The notes under the pieces are model-generated. The model saw only the letters and a list, made by a program, of their open reading frames with translations. It was not told where the DNA came from and did not search any database. From Convolutriloba macropyga (Eukaryota), in NCBI RefSeq assembly GCF_964194025.1, contig NC_134472.1, forward strand, positions 70,804,001 through 70,868,000: DNA of 64,000 nucleotides. Reading direction: 5' to 3'. Both the position numbers and the translations under genes were made by a program. Numbering within the stretch: position 1 is the stretch's first letter; each line of letters starts with the position of its first letter. This document shows positions 10,500 through 22,851 of the stretch, piece after piece.

Positions 10500-10930
10500 A
10501 GTTAAGCTCTTGTCCCACTTTTTGAACCTATTAAAATTTTCAAACGCAATCATTTCAATTTCGTGCATTGTGAAAGTAAATTTCTCATTATCGGTAAGAA
10601 CCTTACCAACATTGTTCTCTTCCTCAATTCACTAGTTATATTGGCACGAACTGGGGTCAGGCCGTCATTAGCAAAATGTTCAGTATTTTTTAAACTCCGG
10701 TTTTGTTTATCAACTAACTAGTGCTTAATAACGTCTAACAAATTTGGCAGTTGTCGGTTTTGCGCCTGTACCTCCAATTATTAAGTGATGAATTGTACTA
10801 ACATAATTTGAAGTGATTGCAACACCGGCTTTCTCAGCCACAACCACCATCTCTGCAAAGACATCCTAACCTGGCTCCTCATCCACACTAAAGATACGCA
10901 CATTTTCCCTGCTCATGTACTACTCAATAA
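10500..10930 (-). mobile_element. Decayed LINE ORF1 (L1-ORF1/Tnp22-like) remnant
   Basis: Minus-strand reading resembles RENVRIFSVDEEPG..DVF..KAGV..IT..KP.TAKFVRR..NDGLTPVRA, the typical CR1/L2-group ORF1 pattern, with stops. Confidence 0.6.
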
Positions 10931-10944
10931 TTTTAGCCTCTTTG

Positions 10945-11305
10945 ACTGAACACAGGGACTCCACAGCAGAGGAACGCTTTTTTCCATTTCCTGGACAACA
11001 CAGAAAAATAGGATGGGCCTTGTGAAGAAATTTTTGGGGATGATTGTCGGCACCCAGTTGTTTGTCCAAATGTTGCAGCCATTCCCATCAAGCCCCGGGC
11101 ATATAAATTTTTCAGCATCACAGTTTCAACATCTGGGAGCCGACAGTGTTACTTTTTTAACATCAGCATCACAGTTTTCAGCATCGAGGTGCGGACATTC
11201 ATCCCCAAAATTTTTTTCCGAAGGCGTTCTTATGTTTCTGTGTTGTCCAGGAACAGTAAAAAAGCGTTGCTTTGCTGTTTAGGCCCGGAGAGGAATTTCA
11301 GTTCG
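10945..11305. mobile_element. MITE / foldback element with ~100 bp imperfect TIRs
   Basis: 10963-11060 (ACAGCAGAGGAACGCTTTTTT..TTCCTGGACAACACAGAAA..TTTTGGGGATGA) is the imperfect reverse complement of ~11180-11278. There are internal CAGCATCACAGTTT repeats. Confidence 0.75.
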
Positions 11306-11329
11306 GGCTCAGTTTAAATGGAACGTAGC

Positions 11330-11850
11330 AAACTGTGATGCTTAAAAAGCTTCTCTTTTTAATAAATATCTCCTCAGTTTTCTCCTTTTCATTAATGACT
11401 TTCATTATATCTCTTAATAAATATCTCTGTTCATTATTCTCACTTTCTTTACCTGAAACTCCAAAGTCTTTCTTTTTGCTGACGACCTTAAACTATTATA
11501 TAATGAAAATCTTGGAAACGCACACAGAATCAAACAAGATCGAGATACAATGTTGCGTTAGAGTTACGTAAATATCATCAGCTTCAATTTATCGAAATGT
11601 CAGTAAATTTCAATATCAAGTCGAGACTAAGCCCGGTGTTGGGTCAATGGTCGCTTGAACAATCGAGAACTGTGGAGGACCTTGGAATCACTATGAACGA
11701 CAGCTTCACTTGGAAGGAACATGTAGAATTGCGGACTCGTAAAGCCAATAAATTCTTCCACCAAATTAAAAGAAACATCAAATTTCCTGACGGTTACTAC
11801 AAAACTAAATCTATATAAGAGTACGCTTATTCCAATCTTAATTTATAGAT
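11330..11850 (+). mobile_element. LINE RT fragment (CR1-like)
   Basis: FLLFINDF, FADDLK and EDLGITMNDSFTWKEHV motifs across broken frames. Confidence 0.75.
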
Positions 11851-12110
11851 CTATTTGGGGGATATAAGTTATCTGACCACTAATTTGGTAAAAACTAAGG
11901 GGCCTACGATGCATGTAGGTCGGAAAATAGGGGATGTAATGGGAACTAATATGGGGGGTTATAATGGGAAATATTATCAACCACTAATAGGGGGGGGGGG
12001 GGGGGGTTATTATGGGAAAGACCCTTTAATTTCAGGTAATCTGAAGAGACTTATTAAACAGCTGAAGCTATTGAATAGGTTCATCACAACAATTGCCTTA
12101 TTCGACTAAG

Positions 12111-12118
12111 CTCTTTTC
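12111..12118 (+). promoter_or_regulatory. Candidate TCT/5'TOP initiator of RPS16
   Basis: CTCTTTTC 56 bp upstream of the ATG; TCT motifs are typical of animal ribosomal protein genes. Confidence 0.4.
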
Positions 12119-12166
12119 AGCTTGTACAGTACAACCGTAACCTTCTAACGTTTCTTTCAGATCACC

Positions 12167-12610
12167 ATGAGTCAACCTCAGAGCGCCAACGTAGTCCAAG
12201 TGTTCGGTAGAAAGAAGACGGCAACTGCTGTTGCTCACTGCAAGGATGGCAGTGGAATGATTCGAGTCAATGGACGACCTCTTGACATGGTGGAACCCCG
12301 ATGCATGCAACTTAAACTGTTGGAGCCAATCCGACTGTTAACTTCAGTTTCTCTGTACCCTAAAGTTGACATTCGAGTTCGCGTCAACGGCGGAGGACAA
12401 GTTTCAAAGATTTATGCCGTCCGTCAAGCAATTGGAAAAGCACTTGTCGCTTACACTGGGAAAGTGGCTGATGAAAATAAGAAACAGATGGTACGAAAGC
12501 AGTTGATCATGTACGACAAAACGCTCTTGGTTGCTGATCCTCGAAGAAGAGAGCCCAAGAAATTCGGCGGTCCAGGTGCCCGTGCCAGATACCAGAAGAG
12601 TTACCGTTAA
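12167..12610 (+). CDS. RPS16: 40S ribosomal protein S16 (uS9)
   Basis: [17 protein letters not shown]...[11 protein letters not shown]...[24 protein letters not shown]; complete 147-aa ORF with no CDS intron. Confidence 0.97.
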   Translation: MSQPQSANVVQVFGRKKTATAVAHCKDGSGMIRVNGRPLDMVEPRCMQLKLLEPIRLLTSVSLYPKVDIRVRVNGGGQVSKIYAVRQAIGKALVAYTGKVADENKKQMVRKQLIMYDKTLLVADPRRREPKKFGGPGARARYQKSYR

Positions 12611-15559
12611 TTCATTCGTCATTCTGATAACTGTGACTTGAATTGAAATTTTCACGGCTCAATTGTTTTTCGGATTTCAGGTTTTTAATCGCTGCGGTCT
12701 TGATAGCAGCAATATAAAAAATAATAAGCAATGACTATTGTGTCACGTGACTGAAAAGCCAATGATATTGTTTGTAAGAATAAAAACGTATTTTCGCCTG
12801 ACCGCTAGAAATCAATTTCAAAGCTTCAAATTAATTTTGTGAAATGGAAGCTGCTATAGTTTAGGAAAAGCTGAGAAGCTAGGACGATAAATTTGGATAT
12901 TTTGTTTTGGGCCGGTTCTGACCCCAAAGTACGATTTTGCTGCTATAGAGCACTTACTATGTAAAAACAGAAGTTGGTGCTAGAAAATTTGACGTGCCCC
13001 TTGTAGTTATTTTTCTCAAAATAGGAAGAATTTTTAGGGGAGCAAGAAAGAGCTTCAAGATTTGATATTAATTGCTCTCAAACAAAGTTGGTAGCAATTA
13101 TGATATTCCTGTGGTCTTTTTTATTCTATTTTTTGTTTGACGCGTTCAACTTTTCTTCATCAAAGACGGGATAAACAGTTAAAGCCCTGAACGCATTTTT
13201 AAGTGCTAAATTATCAGGTGCTAAAATCCGAACGCAGGTCTATCTAAACAAAAATATTAATTTATTTGGTAAAAACCCACGTGAAGCAGCAGGTGCTATA
13301 TATAAAAAGTGCTATGTTTTCGGCGCCAGATCTGCTACGTGCTACGTTTGTTCAGTAGTTTTGCATTCATTGTTTTCTTAATCAGAAATGTCTGGAGATG
13401 ACCTCAAATTGTCATATAGATCATGTGTACTGCATTATTTTCTGCAGAGAATATGTAATTGGGACTGCATTATTTGAAGTTACGCTACTTCTATAACACC
13501 GTAGACCATGTGAAAGGATACGAAGATTTTCTCCAATTTCCAAACACTGGGCAAGACTTTGATGTATTTTTACCCTTTGGTTCTCTAAATGTCATACAAA
13601 TTCTTAGCAAGTTTGTTATGAATTGTTTTTTTTGTATCGGTTGAAGATTAGATAGTTATACAAGGAATGTGATTGGTTTATTAGATTGACTAACTAAATT
13701 ATTTGAATCAGAGGTTGTACGAAGAGTTGGAAGAGATTGAAGAAAGATATAAAGTTGCAAACAGTTTTTGAATTGTGGCGAATCGCTCAAAACCTGCATC
13801 GGAATCAGAAAGAACAGATATAAAATAAATCGAGGATGGTGATAGGGGACGAGCAGAAAGAAATACTATCAAAATTAGACTTAAATATCGGGTTCAAACG
13901 GACACATCTGCTTCAGAATGTTTAAAACTGTTAGCGTTAGAAGTAAAAAAAACTTAGAATACGAATTGGATATTAAGAAGGGCCATTAATTAGGTATCTA
14001 CTTCAACAAATTTACGTTTAATTAACAATCTTGACAACCTGAAATGCTTCTATTTTACGGATTATGCATGCCCCGATTTCAATTCAATTTTACCCGGATT
14101 AGATTTAGCAAACATGTCAATTGATTTAAAACCTCAAATGTGTTGCCAACTTGATTTTAGACTTTGACTGTAATCAATTTTTGTCGCATTTGTTTTGTTC
14201 CTAATATTTGAAATATATTGCGATACCAGTATCTTATCTCTACCTGAGAAAATGGGGAAATTTTGCCAGAATTATTGTCTCTTGAGGTTAAATAATTAGA
14301 AGATTGATGAAATGGCAGATGTTGCAGCAGTCGCAAACACTTTTGCAACAGCAATAAGAGGAAGAATAACTACACCTCCACCAGCTACACCGCCACAGAG
14401 CGTTCATTTGACTCCATTTTTGGGAGCTTTAGCAGTAAAGTACTATGGGAGCAACTGGAATCTTCCATCGCCCTTGCCCAAGTACCAAATGCCCAAATTG
14501 TTTGTTTTTTAGCGCTGCTCCAAATTATTTTCTCGAACTGTCACTTGTCGGAAAAAACACTCAACAATGCGTTGCGATCATTTAAAAATTGATATTGAAG
14601 TCCGAATTGTGTGGAGTTTTACGAATTAAGGTTTCGAGAACGCATGTTTAACCACTCAATTTTCTGACAGACATCTTCAGAGTTGCTAATACTGTTATTA
14701 CCCTACTTTCTGTTGACAGCAATCTCTATAAATTGTGCTAACTTTCCAATTTCAAGCAGAATTATAGTCGATTCTCTTGTGCCTTTCTTTATATCGGAGA
14801 CTTTGTTGAAAATTGTTTGACCAAAGAAATATAAAAACAAGTTGCAGAATTCGGAAGAAAGAATTTACGCACATCTTGAAGTTTTTTGAATAATTAAGAG
14901 AGGGCAGTCACAGAGAGATACACTACTCTTTATTGTTTGTTTCTCTAAATTTGTAAATTTTATGCTTTCGTCCTCTGTTTTCTCTGATGAAATGAAATAT
15001 CAATCTAAAAAAGAGGTCTGCGTTTTTTAATGTTAATTTTATTTTTAGTGAAACGAAAGGAACGTAAAATGTTTTAAAAGAATTTCTGGTGTCTCATTTT
15101 TCTGCTTCAATAATCCTGTTTTCCAAGTTGTTAAGCTTAAATGAAACTCTTAACAAACGGGAGAATTTTGTTTTAGAAGTTCTCGATAGATGATAGATAA
15201 TTAAATTGATGGTGTGTAATTTACTCACAAAGCCTGAACTAATCTACAAACTTTTATTCAAATTCGACTATTTTCTTAAATAACCACATCAATCATTTTT
15301 AATGTTAATTTCGATATTCAGAGATACTATTTTAAACAAAAGATGTAATTTTGTAGGGAAAGCTATAATCTTATATATTAAATTTAAAAAGAATGGGACA
15401 AAAGTGACGGATTTTTTTGGTAAATATATTTAGAAATTATGTGAACATCTAATCAACTGATAGTTTAAAAATTCATGTTTACGCCCTTGTGGTAGTGCTA
15501 TAGTTTAGCCAAATTGTTGTGTTAAACTTATTAAAAAACTCTTGATTGTTGTCCTTTAC

Positions 15560-18500
15560 TGTGGTATCAGAGGCCGGATTTTGTTTGGGTAGCTCCAGTT
15601 ACCGGGGATTTTAGATTCCGGCGGAAGATTTTACGGGAGATTTATCTACAATTCAATATTTGATATCAAGCATTTGGCGCTAGAGTGCTCCGCGTCTGCT
15701 TGATTGATTCGATTCCCTACATTTTTGGCCATACTAAATATTTTTTCGGAGCCAAACATTTGATGTGAGTGTTCTCCACATTTGTTTGACTAATTAGTCT
15801 AGGCCCCTAGCGGCCACTTCCCTTATTCCCTCTTTTCCCAAGTTACGTTGGTGCACCCACCACCGCCGCCACCTCCCGAACCTCTCTGCAATATTTGTAA
15901 CGAGCCTTGCAATGTACAAGTGAGCGCATTTTGTGTCAAATGTAAGAAAATATGTCACTTTGGTTGTCTGGGAATTTCAAGTACGGCAAATATCAAAGGA
16001 ATGATCTACTGGTCATGTACTGGTTGTACTCCTATATTTACTGCAGAACTATCTGAGCTGGACAGAACTACGGCTGTTGAGAAAAAGCTCGATTGTGTTG
16101 ATTCTCTGATCTGCGAGGTGACTACTACGCAATGATATAGCGTTGATAAAGAAACTCCATTTCCCTTTCCTAAAAGCTGCCAAAAGATGACCTGCCAGGA
16201 ATCGAAGAATCGAAACGACAGCTCATCCAGTTATCAGAGTGCGACAGTAAACAAAAAGAGAAATGCGGATGAAATTGAATTTGAAACTGTACCGAGAGAA
16301 GGAGGTAAAAACTGGAACGAACACCAATCCAGCAGTCATCATGGGTGTAAAAAACCCCCGAAGCATCGTCATTTATATGTAGGTCGATTGAGTTAGAACA
16401 TAACAGCATCACAAATAGAGGAGTACTGTGCAGAAAATAAGGTTGAACTACTTCATTTTCGCCAAATTTCGAAGTCAGAAGCTCACCTGAAAGCTTTTCA
16501 TTGGATAATTAAGTTTGATGAGGAGAAATTAGAGTTACCTGATTTCTGGCCGGAAAACGTTACTTTGTCAAGATTTTACCTGATTGAAGCCGCCCGTGAT
16601 TGGTTAGAAACAGTGGATCAAAAATGACCACTAGCCATTCCTCAATTTAAACAAAGGACGAAACAAAGATCTACAGAACTAAACATTTGTCTACATAATG
16701 TTCGCTCTATCAGGAACAAAACAAAGGATGTATGTAAATGCCCTCTTAGAAGTAAATGAAATTAGTTTTGGAGTATTTATAGAATTGTGGATTACGAATA
16801 ACTCAAATGACGATGTTATTCTAAAGCAGTGCTGTCCCCCAGGATTTTTTTCTATAGTGCAACAAGGTTAATGAAAGAGGAGGCTGAATTTGCCTCTTTT
16901 ACAGACGTAATCTCAATTTGGAAAATTTTGAAAAGTTTGCCTCTGAATTTTTCGAATGCTGCTATGCCTCTTTAACTGTTGTGACTACCACTTATTTAGT
17001 AATCGCTGTTTTTCGACAACCTGTGTTAAATGTTGAATCTTTCATTGATCATCGTTATCTTTGAAGAAAAAAGGCTACAATTCGACAAGATTGTTATCAT
17101 GGGTGATTTTAAGGTTTCACTAAATGTAATTAACGATGCATCATTTGACTATATTTTAGCGTCAAACAATGTCTCAATGAATGTTAAATCGAATAGCTTC
17201 ATTACTTCTTCGGACCATTCGTTTATTTGCTTCTTGCTCAGCAATATGACACAACGCAAATCGCAACACCAGTTGATGTACTGAAGGTTTTAATAAGTTA
17301 TTGAAGCCGTGCTTAAAATTTGATTTTGCCTCCAGTTTTGCTGAAGCATGGGCTATGTATCTAAGGTCTGAGGAGATTTTTGATGATTTTCTAAGGTTTG
17401 ATCATTTTGAATTCCGTTCTACCTCTCAAAATAAAAACATTTACTAAACGTCAATGCCCATTTTTTGACAACGAGATTTTAAGTTTGAAATAAGAGAAAA
17501 GAAAAGCAGAGCGTAAATATAGGAAATCGAAAACATCTGTACTAAAATCTGAAAATGAAAATGTTACCCATATGTATTTTGAAAAATTCTAAGAAGCGTA
17601 GATTATACATTGAGAATGCGTTGATGGAAAATTGTAGCCGTAAAAGGTTGCCACCTTAAAATTGCTTCTTGGTCAAAATGTAAAACAGCTCGCAAAATTT
17701 GTAAAAAAAACAGCTTGCAAACGATTTCAACAAGTTCTTTATATCTTAAGTGGAAACTATGATTGCATCGATTCCCACTGCCATTTGTCCTGAAATTCTG
17801 AAGGCTGAAGTTAGCTCAATGAGTTCGTTCAAAGAGTTGTCGATAAGTCAGTTAAGAGATTCGATTTTGGCGTCGTCAAACAGTACATCTGCACTGGAAA
17901 TCATTCCCACATTTTGTAAAGTCATTTCCAGACTTTTTTCTCGACTTTCTGAAGTTTATTAATCTTTCGCTGAAGGCGGGATATTTTCCTCAGTCCTTTC
18001 AAATGGCAATTGTTAAACCCCGCGCGAAGGAAGCAAATTCTCATAGTGAAGATTTTTCAAACTATCGACCTATCTCAAACCCGTTACATTTCAAAACTAT
18101 TGAACGCGCGGCTTTTATGCAAATGCGAGAGCACTTTAAAAAGATTAATCTATTTAGTCAATACCAAATTGCCTACAGGAAGTTTTTTCATGAATTTCTT
18201 CTTTCGATTCTTGAAACAAGTTTGGTTTGCAAAGATAAAGTGCTTAGCTTTTTAAATAGTTATCTGATTGGTAGATCTCAAAAAGTGTTGATTGATGGTG
18301 AATATTCGATGGCAAGAACTATTAAAACGGGTGTTCCTCAAGGATCTGTTCTAGGTCCTGTTCTCTTTTCATGCTATCTTGTTCCTCTTGAAGTTCTGTT
18401 TGAACGTCTTGATGTCAATTATCATTTTTATGCCGATGACACTTATCTATTTTATTTACCATGCTTCGATAAATCAGGGGTCTTTTGGTTTGATACTTTG

Positions 18501-19308
18501 CAAAAGTGTTTCAGTAGTGCTAAGCTCCGATTAAGCTCGAATAAAACTGAGTTCTTGTTTATTAGTAGAAAGAATAGTTAAATAGCGATATTGAACTTCC
18601 AGCTGTCGTCAATTTTTCTAATAATGTTACTTTGTTGGGCTTCAACTTAGATTCCCGACTTTCATATACAAAACCAGTTAGTTCTGAGCGTCGTAGATGC
18701 TCAGAACTGAGTTAGTTCTGAGCGTCGTAGATGCTTTTTACGAAAAATTTATTCCATCAGAGATACAGTCGACAGAAATTCGTTGATCGAGTTAGTTTGG
18801 GTAATGATTCTCTCGCTACTAGATTACTGCAACTCACTGTACTATGGACTACCTGCGTATACTATAGATATTACAGCGTATAATGAACCCAGCGTGTCGT
18901 GTCATTTTTAGGCTATCGCCTTGTTCACCAACAGCAAATAATATCAAAGAGCTTTATTGGCTACCCATGAAACAGCGAGTCCCCTACAAAATTCTACTTT
19001 TTGGTGACCGTTTGGTTCACCATCCGTGGAAATTTCCCGTATCTTGGCGCATTAGATTTTCCAAATGATAAGGTGACTGGATGCCAATATGCGTACAATC
19101 TGAAGGTTCCTAATGTCAGGACTGGATTTAGACAAAGATCATTCAGTTTTGCAGTTCCTTTTAAATGGAATATGTTGCCTTTTGAAATGAAACTGATGCC
19201 CCATGAGTTTGATTATCGGAAAAAACTGAATTTTTTTTAATCTTTGATTTTGAAAGAACTTTTGAGTTTGTAAATGGTGCGTAAACCTAAATTATAATAA
19301 TAATAATT
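15560..19308 (+). mobile_element. Near full-length decayed L2-clade LINE (ORF1 with PHD finger; ORF2 APE-RT; (TAA)n tail)
   Basis: PHD finger CNIC..CVKC..HFGC..WSCTGC (15848-16135). Endonuclease HNVRSIRNK, MGDF and SDH. RT NYRPIS, GVPQGSVLGP and FYADDT. L2-type LDYCNSLYYGLP and LYWLPMKQR. TAATAATAATAA at ~19295-19306. The 5' end is approximate. Confidence 0.9.
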
Positions 19309-19399
19309 CCTTAGTCATGAGGGCAAACGATTAATTATGTTCATAGATGCTAATGAAAAAATATTAGTGAGGCTTATTACAAAGTTTTTGTTTGTCGCG

Positions 19400-19930
19400 A
19401 TAAATAAACCCGTTCCCGCTGTTTACATGAAAGCTTTTGCAAGGAGCGTCATTGCTCGACTCGTTTTGAATTGAAAGAAATATGCGTAGTGTACGCGGTC
19501 ATTTCTTTTGAAAGCGACTTTAATATGTTTAACCTTATTTAATTGCTCTCGAACGAAGGTTGAAGCAGTTTTTGTAAACGTTTGTCTCCTTTTTATGCAA
19601 AAGTTTTGCACGATCGTTTTCTTCTAGAACATTCTCTTTATTTCATTTCAATTTTTTTCACAATTAGTTCTCAATTTCTTGTTTGACCTTAATTGCTCTA
19701 TTTGAGAAATTAAGTCTGCGTTGCAGAAATAAAAGCGATTGTTAGCTGCGAGAGCAGAAATGCCCTGATAGGAGGTCGGGGGTTCGAATCACTCTCTAGT
19801 TGGACCGGAACCATAAAGAGAAGTTTTTCTTTGACACAGCCCCTCTGAATTAAACTGCCCCGCCTGTCGTTCGACTGCAATTTGTCCGACGTTAGTCTGT
19901 TTAAAGCTTAACTTTTCAAAATTTATGTCC
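19400..19930 (+). repeat. Dispersed repeat with tRNA-like segment (related to 28480-28760 and 38950-39395)
   Basis: Shared AATTGCTCTCGAACGAAG..TGTAAAC..TTCTAGAAC core; B-box-like GGTTCGAATC at ~19781-19790. Confidence 0.65.
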
Positions 19931-20577
19931 CCAATACGTCAGTGGTTTGAATTCTGGATTATGAGCGCCAAAAAGCCACTGAAGAGTTAAAAAATACTAA
20001 AGAATTGATTTCATTTAGTTTGCTCACATAAAACTTGACCTAGTGTACAAAAATTCTCCAATGAATTAATCGCTACTGAAATTTTTTTTGGTATTGCGAA
20101 AAGAAATCAGTATTAAAATTTTATTTAATGTTTTCGATGATTTTCTATTATTATTGTACTCCCATATTTTTTTGGTATCATAATCCGAGTCATTTTACAG
20201 TCAATTTTCTTAGTCGTTTCTGGCGAAAATCAGGAAAATAACTGTACGTTTGGCTGTGATTATATTACTGCCTAGAAATTAGTCCAGGTGGAGAAACGTA
20301 TGATTCGACTTAGGAAAACAGCTCAACTTACCGTATTTTTCTATAAATTTTCCCTATATTTTTAATTATATGATAGGTCTAAGTCGTAAGTTTTGTGTTA
20401 AATTTGTACAGGAAGACAGATAATACAGGATAAATTATGTAAATTAATACTTTTCTATTTAATGATGTATTGTCAAACAGTTCATTTTGAGATTAAACCG
20501 GATCAACGTAAGAAACTTTTAACAACTGGGTATTTTGAATCATTTTCCGGTTTAATGAAAGCTTAAAAGTACATAGA

Positions 20578-20742
20578 ATGAAAAGAAAAAGGCAGCCAGG
20601 TTTAGCAGAAGCGAGGAATGATGTTTTGGAGGCAGTTGTAGCCAATTACGAGGACGAGGGTCTAGATCCTGAGTCTAAGGACAACGACAATAAGAGTGAA
20701 TCATCAGATGACGAACAGGAGGACGTCGACTCCGAAACAGAG
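20578..20742 (+). CDS. EBNA1BP2: rRNA-processing protein EBP2, exon 1
   Basis: MKRKRQ...acidic N-terminus ending DVDSETE|GT, phase 0, joining LQIALESGLLKPGLNV of exon 2. Confidence 0.75.
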
Positions 20743-21238
20743 GTCAATTGCCGACTTCTTAAACCTTTGGCTCATTTTTTTTAAATCTGGGAGTCAGATT
20801 TTATACAGCATCTACTTTATTAATTTAACCTAAAGCCATAGGAATATTGGAGGTTTTATAAAGTTACTTTTCTGTATGATAGCTCCCGAACGCCTTTAAT
20901 TTCGATTTACAATATCAGGAAATATTTTCAGTAAAATAATATCATTGTTGACTGGTGAAATTTACTACTGGGGTTTTAGATTTGAATTTGCTGTTTTATG
21001 AAAAGTTGACAGATTTTTTTTGGTATTTATTATTGTATTGTAGACGCATGGTTTATGACTCTCAATTTCAAATCATGTATTTGGAGTGGAGTTGGGATGC
21101 CTTCAAGTTGCATGCCCACTAAGTTGACCCGGGGGGGGGGGGGGGTAGTTGACATCATTTGGCATTATATTGAGGAATCGTTTGGCAGTGGCCGGATATT
21201 ATCAGTGTTTTATTCGCGGTGGCCGCCGTATTGGCCGA

Positions 21239-21595
21239 CAGGGCGTTTAGCCGACAACCAAAAAATGAGAAATTTAACCGACAATTTAAGTAAAATGAGC
21301 AATAAAACTTATTGTGAAGCTGTGATTGGCCAATTTAAAACACTATTTCGTAAGCGGACAAATATACCGCAGTTTTTTCAACTACTGTAACGAAGGTCTA
21401 TCCGTGGTCGGACCGTATTTTACCGCATCTGGCCATGCCTCGCGGGCCATGGCCATGCCTCAGCGGCCCGTGGGACTTGATATGAATCTATCACAACCGA
21501 ACTACTGTTTTATGGCCCAATGAGTCTTTTATGACCAATTATGATAAAACTGTCGGCTAAATTTCTCATTTTTTCCTTGTCGGCTAAACGCCCTG
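21239..21595. mobile_element. MITE with ~45 bp TIRs (CAGGG ends, Tc1/mariner-like)
   Basis: CAGGGCGTTTAGCCGACAA..AAAAAATGAGAAATTTA at the left end is the reverse complement of TAAATTTCTCATTTTTT..TTGTCGGCTAAACGCCCTG at the right end; TA follows the right end. Confidence 0.8.
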
Positions 21596-21701
21596 TAGGC
21601 CAATTTTGCTAGCACTTTTATTCACTGATTGCCCAAGAAACGTCGCACAGCACAGTATTAAAAATGTTATGCTCTATGAGGAAATACTGAAAATGTTTCA
21701 G

Positions 21702-21961
21702 CTCCAAATTGCTCTGGAAAGTGGTCTTCTAAAGCCAGGCCTGAATGTCGAGTTGCCCGCAGTTGAAAACATTATATACGATACAGAATCAATGAAAACA
21801 ATCACAGATAACCTGCGTGAGCAGAATATGGAGTGGCTAGAACGGATGGATGTGACGTGTGAGCCAGTAGACAGCTCAGAGTGTGTGAGGAATGACGATC
21901 TGTTGGAAGCAATACAATCCAATGATTTAGTCAACGATGATTTCAAACGAGAACTAGTTTT
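21702..21961 (+). CDS. EBNA1BP2: EBP2 exon 2
   Basis: TTTCAG|LQIALESGLLKPGLNVE...WLERMDVT...NDDFKRELV|GTAAGT; EBP2 motifs LKPGLN, W.ER.D and DDFKRE. Confidence 0.9.
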
Positions 21962-22589
21962 GTAAGTTTACTAATGAGCAAGAGACATGCTGCAATATGA
22001 CAGTTATTTACAAGGCCTGTGAGCTGGTTTCTGTAGCTGAGCAAGAGACAATCTTGCAGTCGTCGGATGCAACTATTTTTGATAACTTCTCAGTCCGGGG
22101 CCTTTTCAAACGTACTCATCTGAAATGAAAAAAATTCCTGTCACTCGAATTCGAAAATGATCTAAAAGTACTCCATTTATACCCTCAGTCTTGTTAACGA
22201 AGACACAATTGCAGAATTTAATGAAATAGATCGGACAAAACTTACTCCCTCCCCCACTTACCCCCTCCCTCCTCGTCTACCTCCTTTCTCCCTCCCTCCT
22301 CCTCATCCTCCTCCTCTGTCGGTTGTGATCTCAGTTTTACGGAGACTTGGTTATTTATGATAAGAAAAACACCGATGGAAGAAACAATATTGAAAACTTT
22401 TAGTTCAAAAATGAAAACCTCTTCTTATTTTAAAACAAACCGCTTCTTACTGTCCAAAGAAACCGTAAGCATCAGTTTTAGTTGCTCTCAAACGAATAAC
22501 GGCTCTTCTCCGCCTAACTGGTCTCGGAGTATGTGATTCGCCAAAAATTTTTTGGGGAGACTATTTTATTATGTGAAGGGTGGTTGGTT

Positions 22590-22850
22590 CCCCCCTCAGT
22601 CAACCCCTACTCACCCCTGCCCCCACTCACTCAGTCCCTCGCCACCCCCCCCCCCCCCTCAGCATACCCACCGCCAGTCATTCACCAACACTCACTCGTC
22701 AACCCTCCTGGCGATTTGGACTCCCCTCGTCCAGCGCTCCAAACCCTGTCTCATCGCTTGACCCCCCGCTCCGCTCACCCCCCACCCATTGCTAGCATCC
22801 CTAAGCCCTAGCTGGTTACTAATGAAGCCGACCTATCACTGATTGTTTTA
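22590..22850 (+). repeat. C-rich dispersed repeat (second copy at ~29955-30170)
   Basis: Shared CTGG(C/T)GATTTGGAC..CGCTTGACC..TGCTAGCATCCCTAAGCCC(T/C)AGCTGG..GAAGCC. Confidence 0.7.
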
Positions 22851-22851
22851 G

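Larger units (their letters stand above)
4400..10500 (+). mobile_element. Ty3/gypsy-type LTR retrotransposon (endogenous retrovirus-like), PR-RT-RH deleted, carrying env and a J-domain accessory ORF
   Basis: Order is leader, gag, integrase (HHCC, DDE, GPY/F), env-like ORF, palindrome array, J-domain ORF, then PPT GAGAGGGGGCAG followed by TGT at 10347. A matching LTR pair was not found, so the boundaries are approximate. Confidence 0.85.

Noticed and set aside
3850-10930. Gypsy element inserted between ORF1 and ORF2 of a single LINE
   Set aside because: Both flanks are minus-strand LINE pieces, but the left flank seems to have its own INEDL-like ORF1 end (~4120-4140) and no TSD links them.
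13700-14512. Possible gag-like or other TE remnant (ORF 14312-14512)
   Set aside because: No diagnostic motif that I can support.
22533-22811. Proline-rich ORFs
   Set aside because: They arise from a C-rich dispersed repeat that is open in all three frames.
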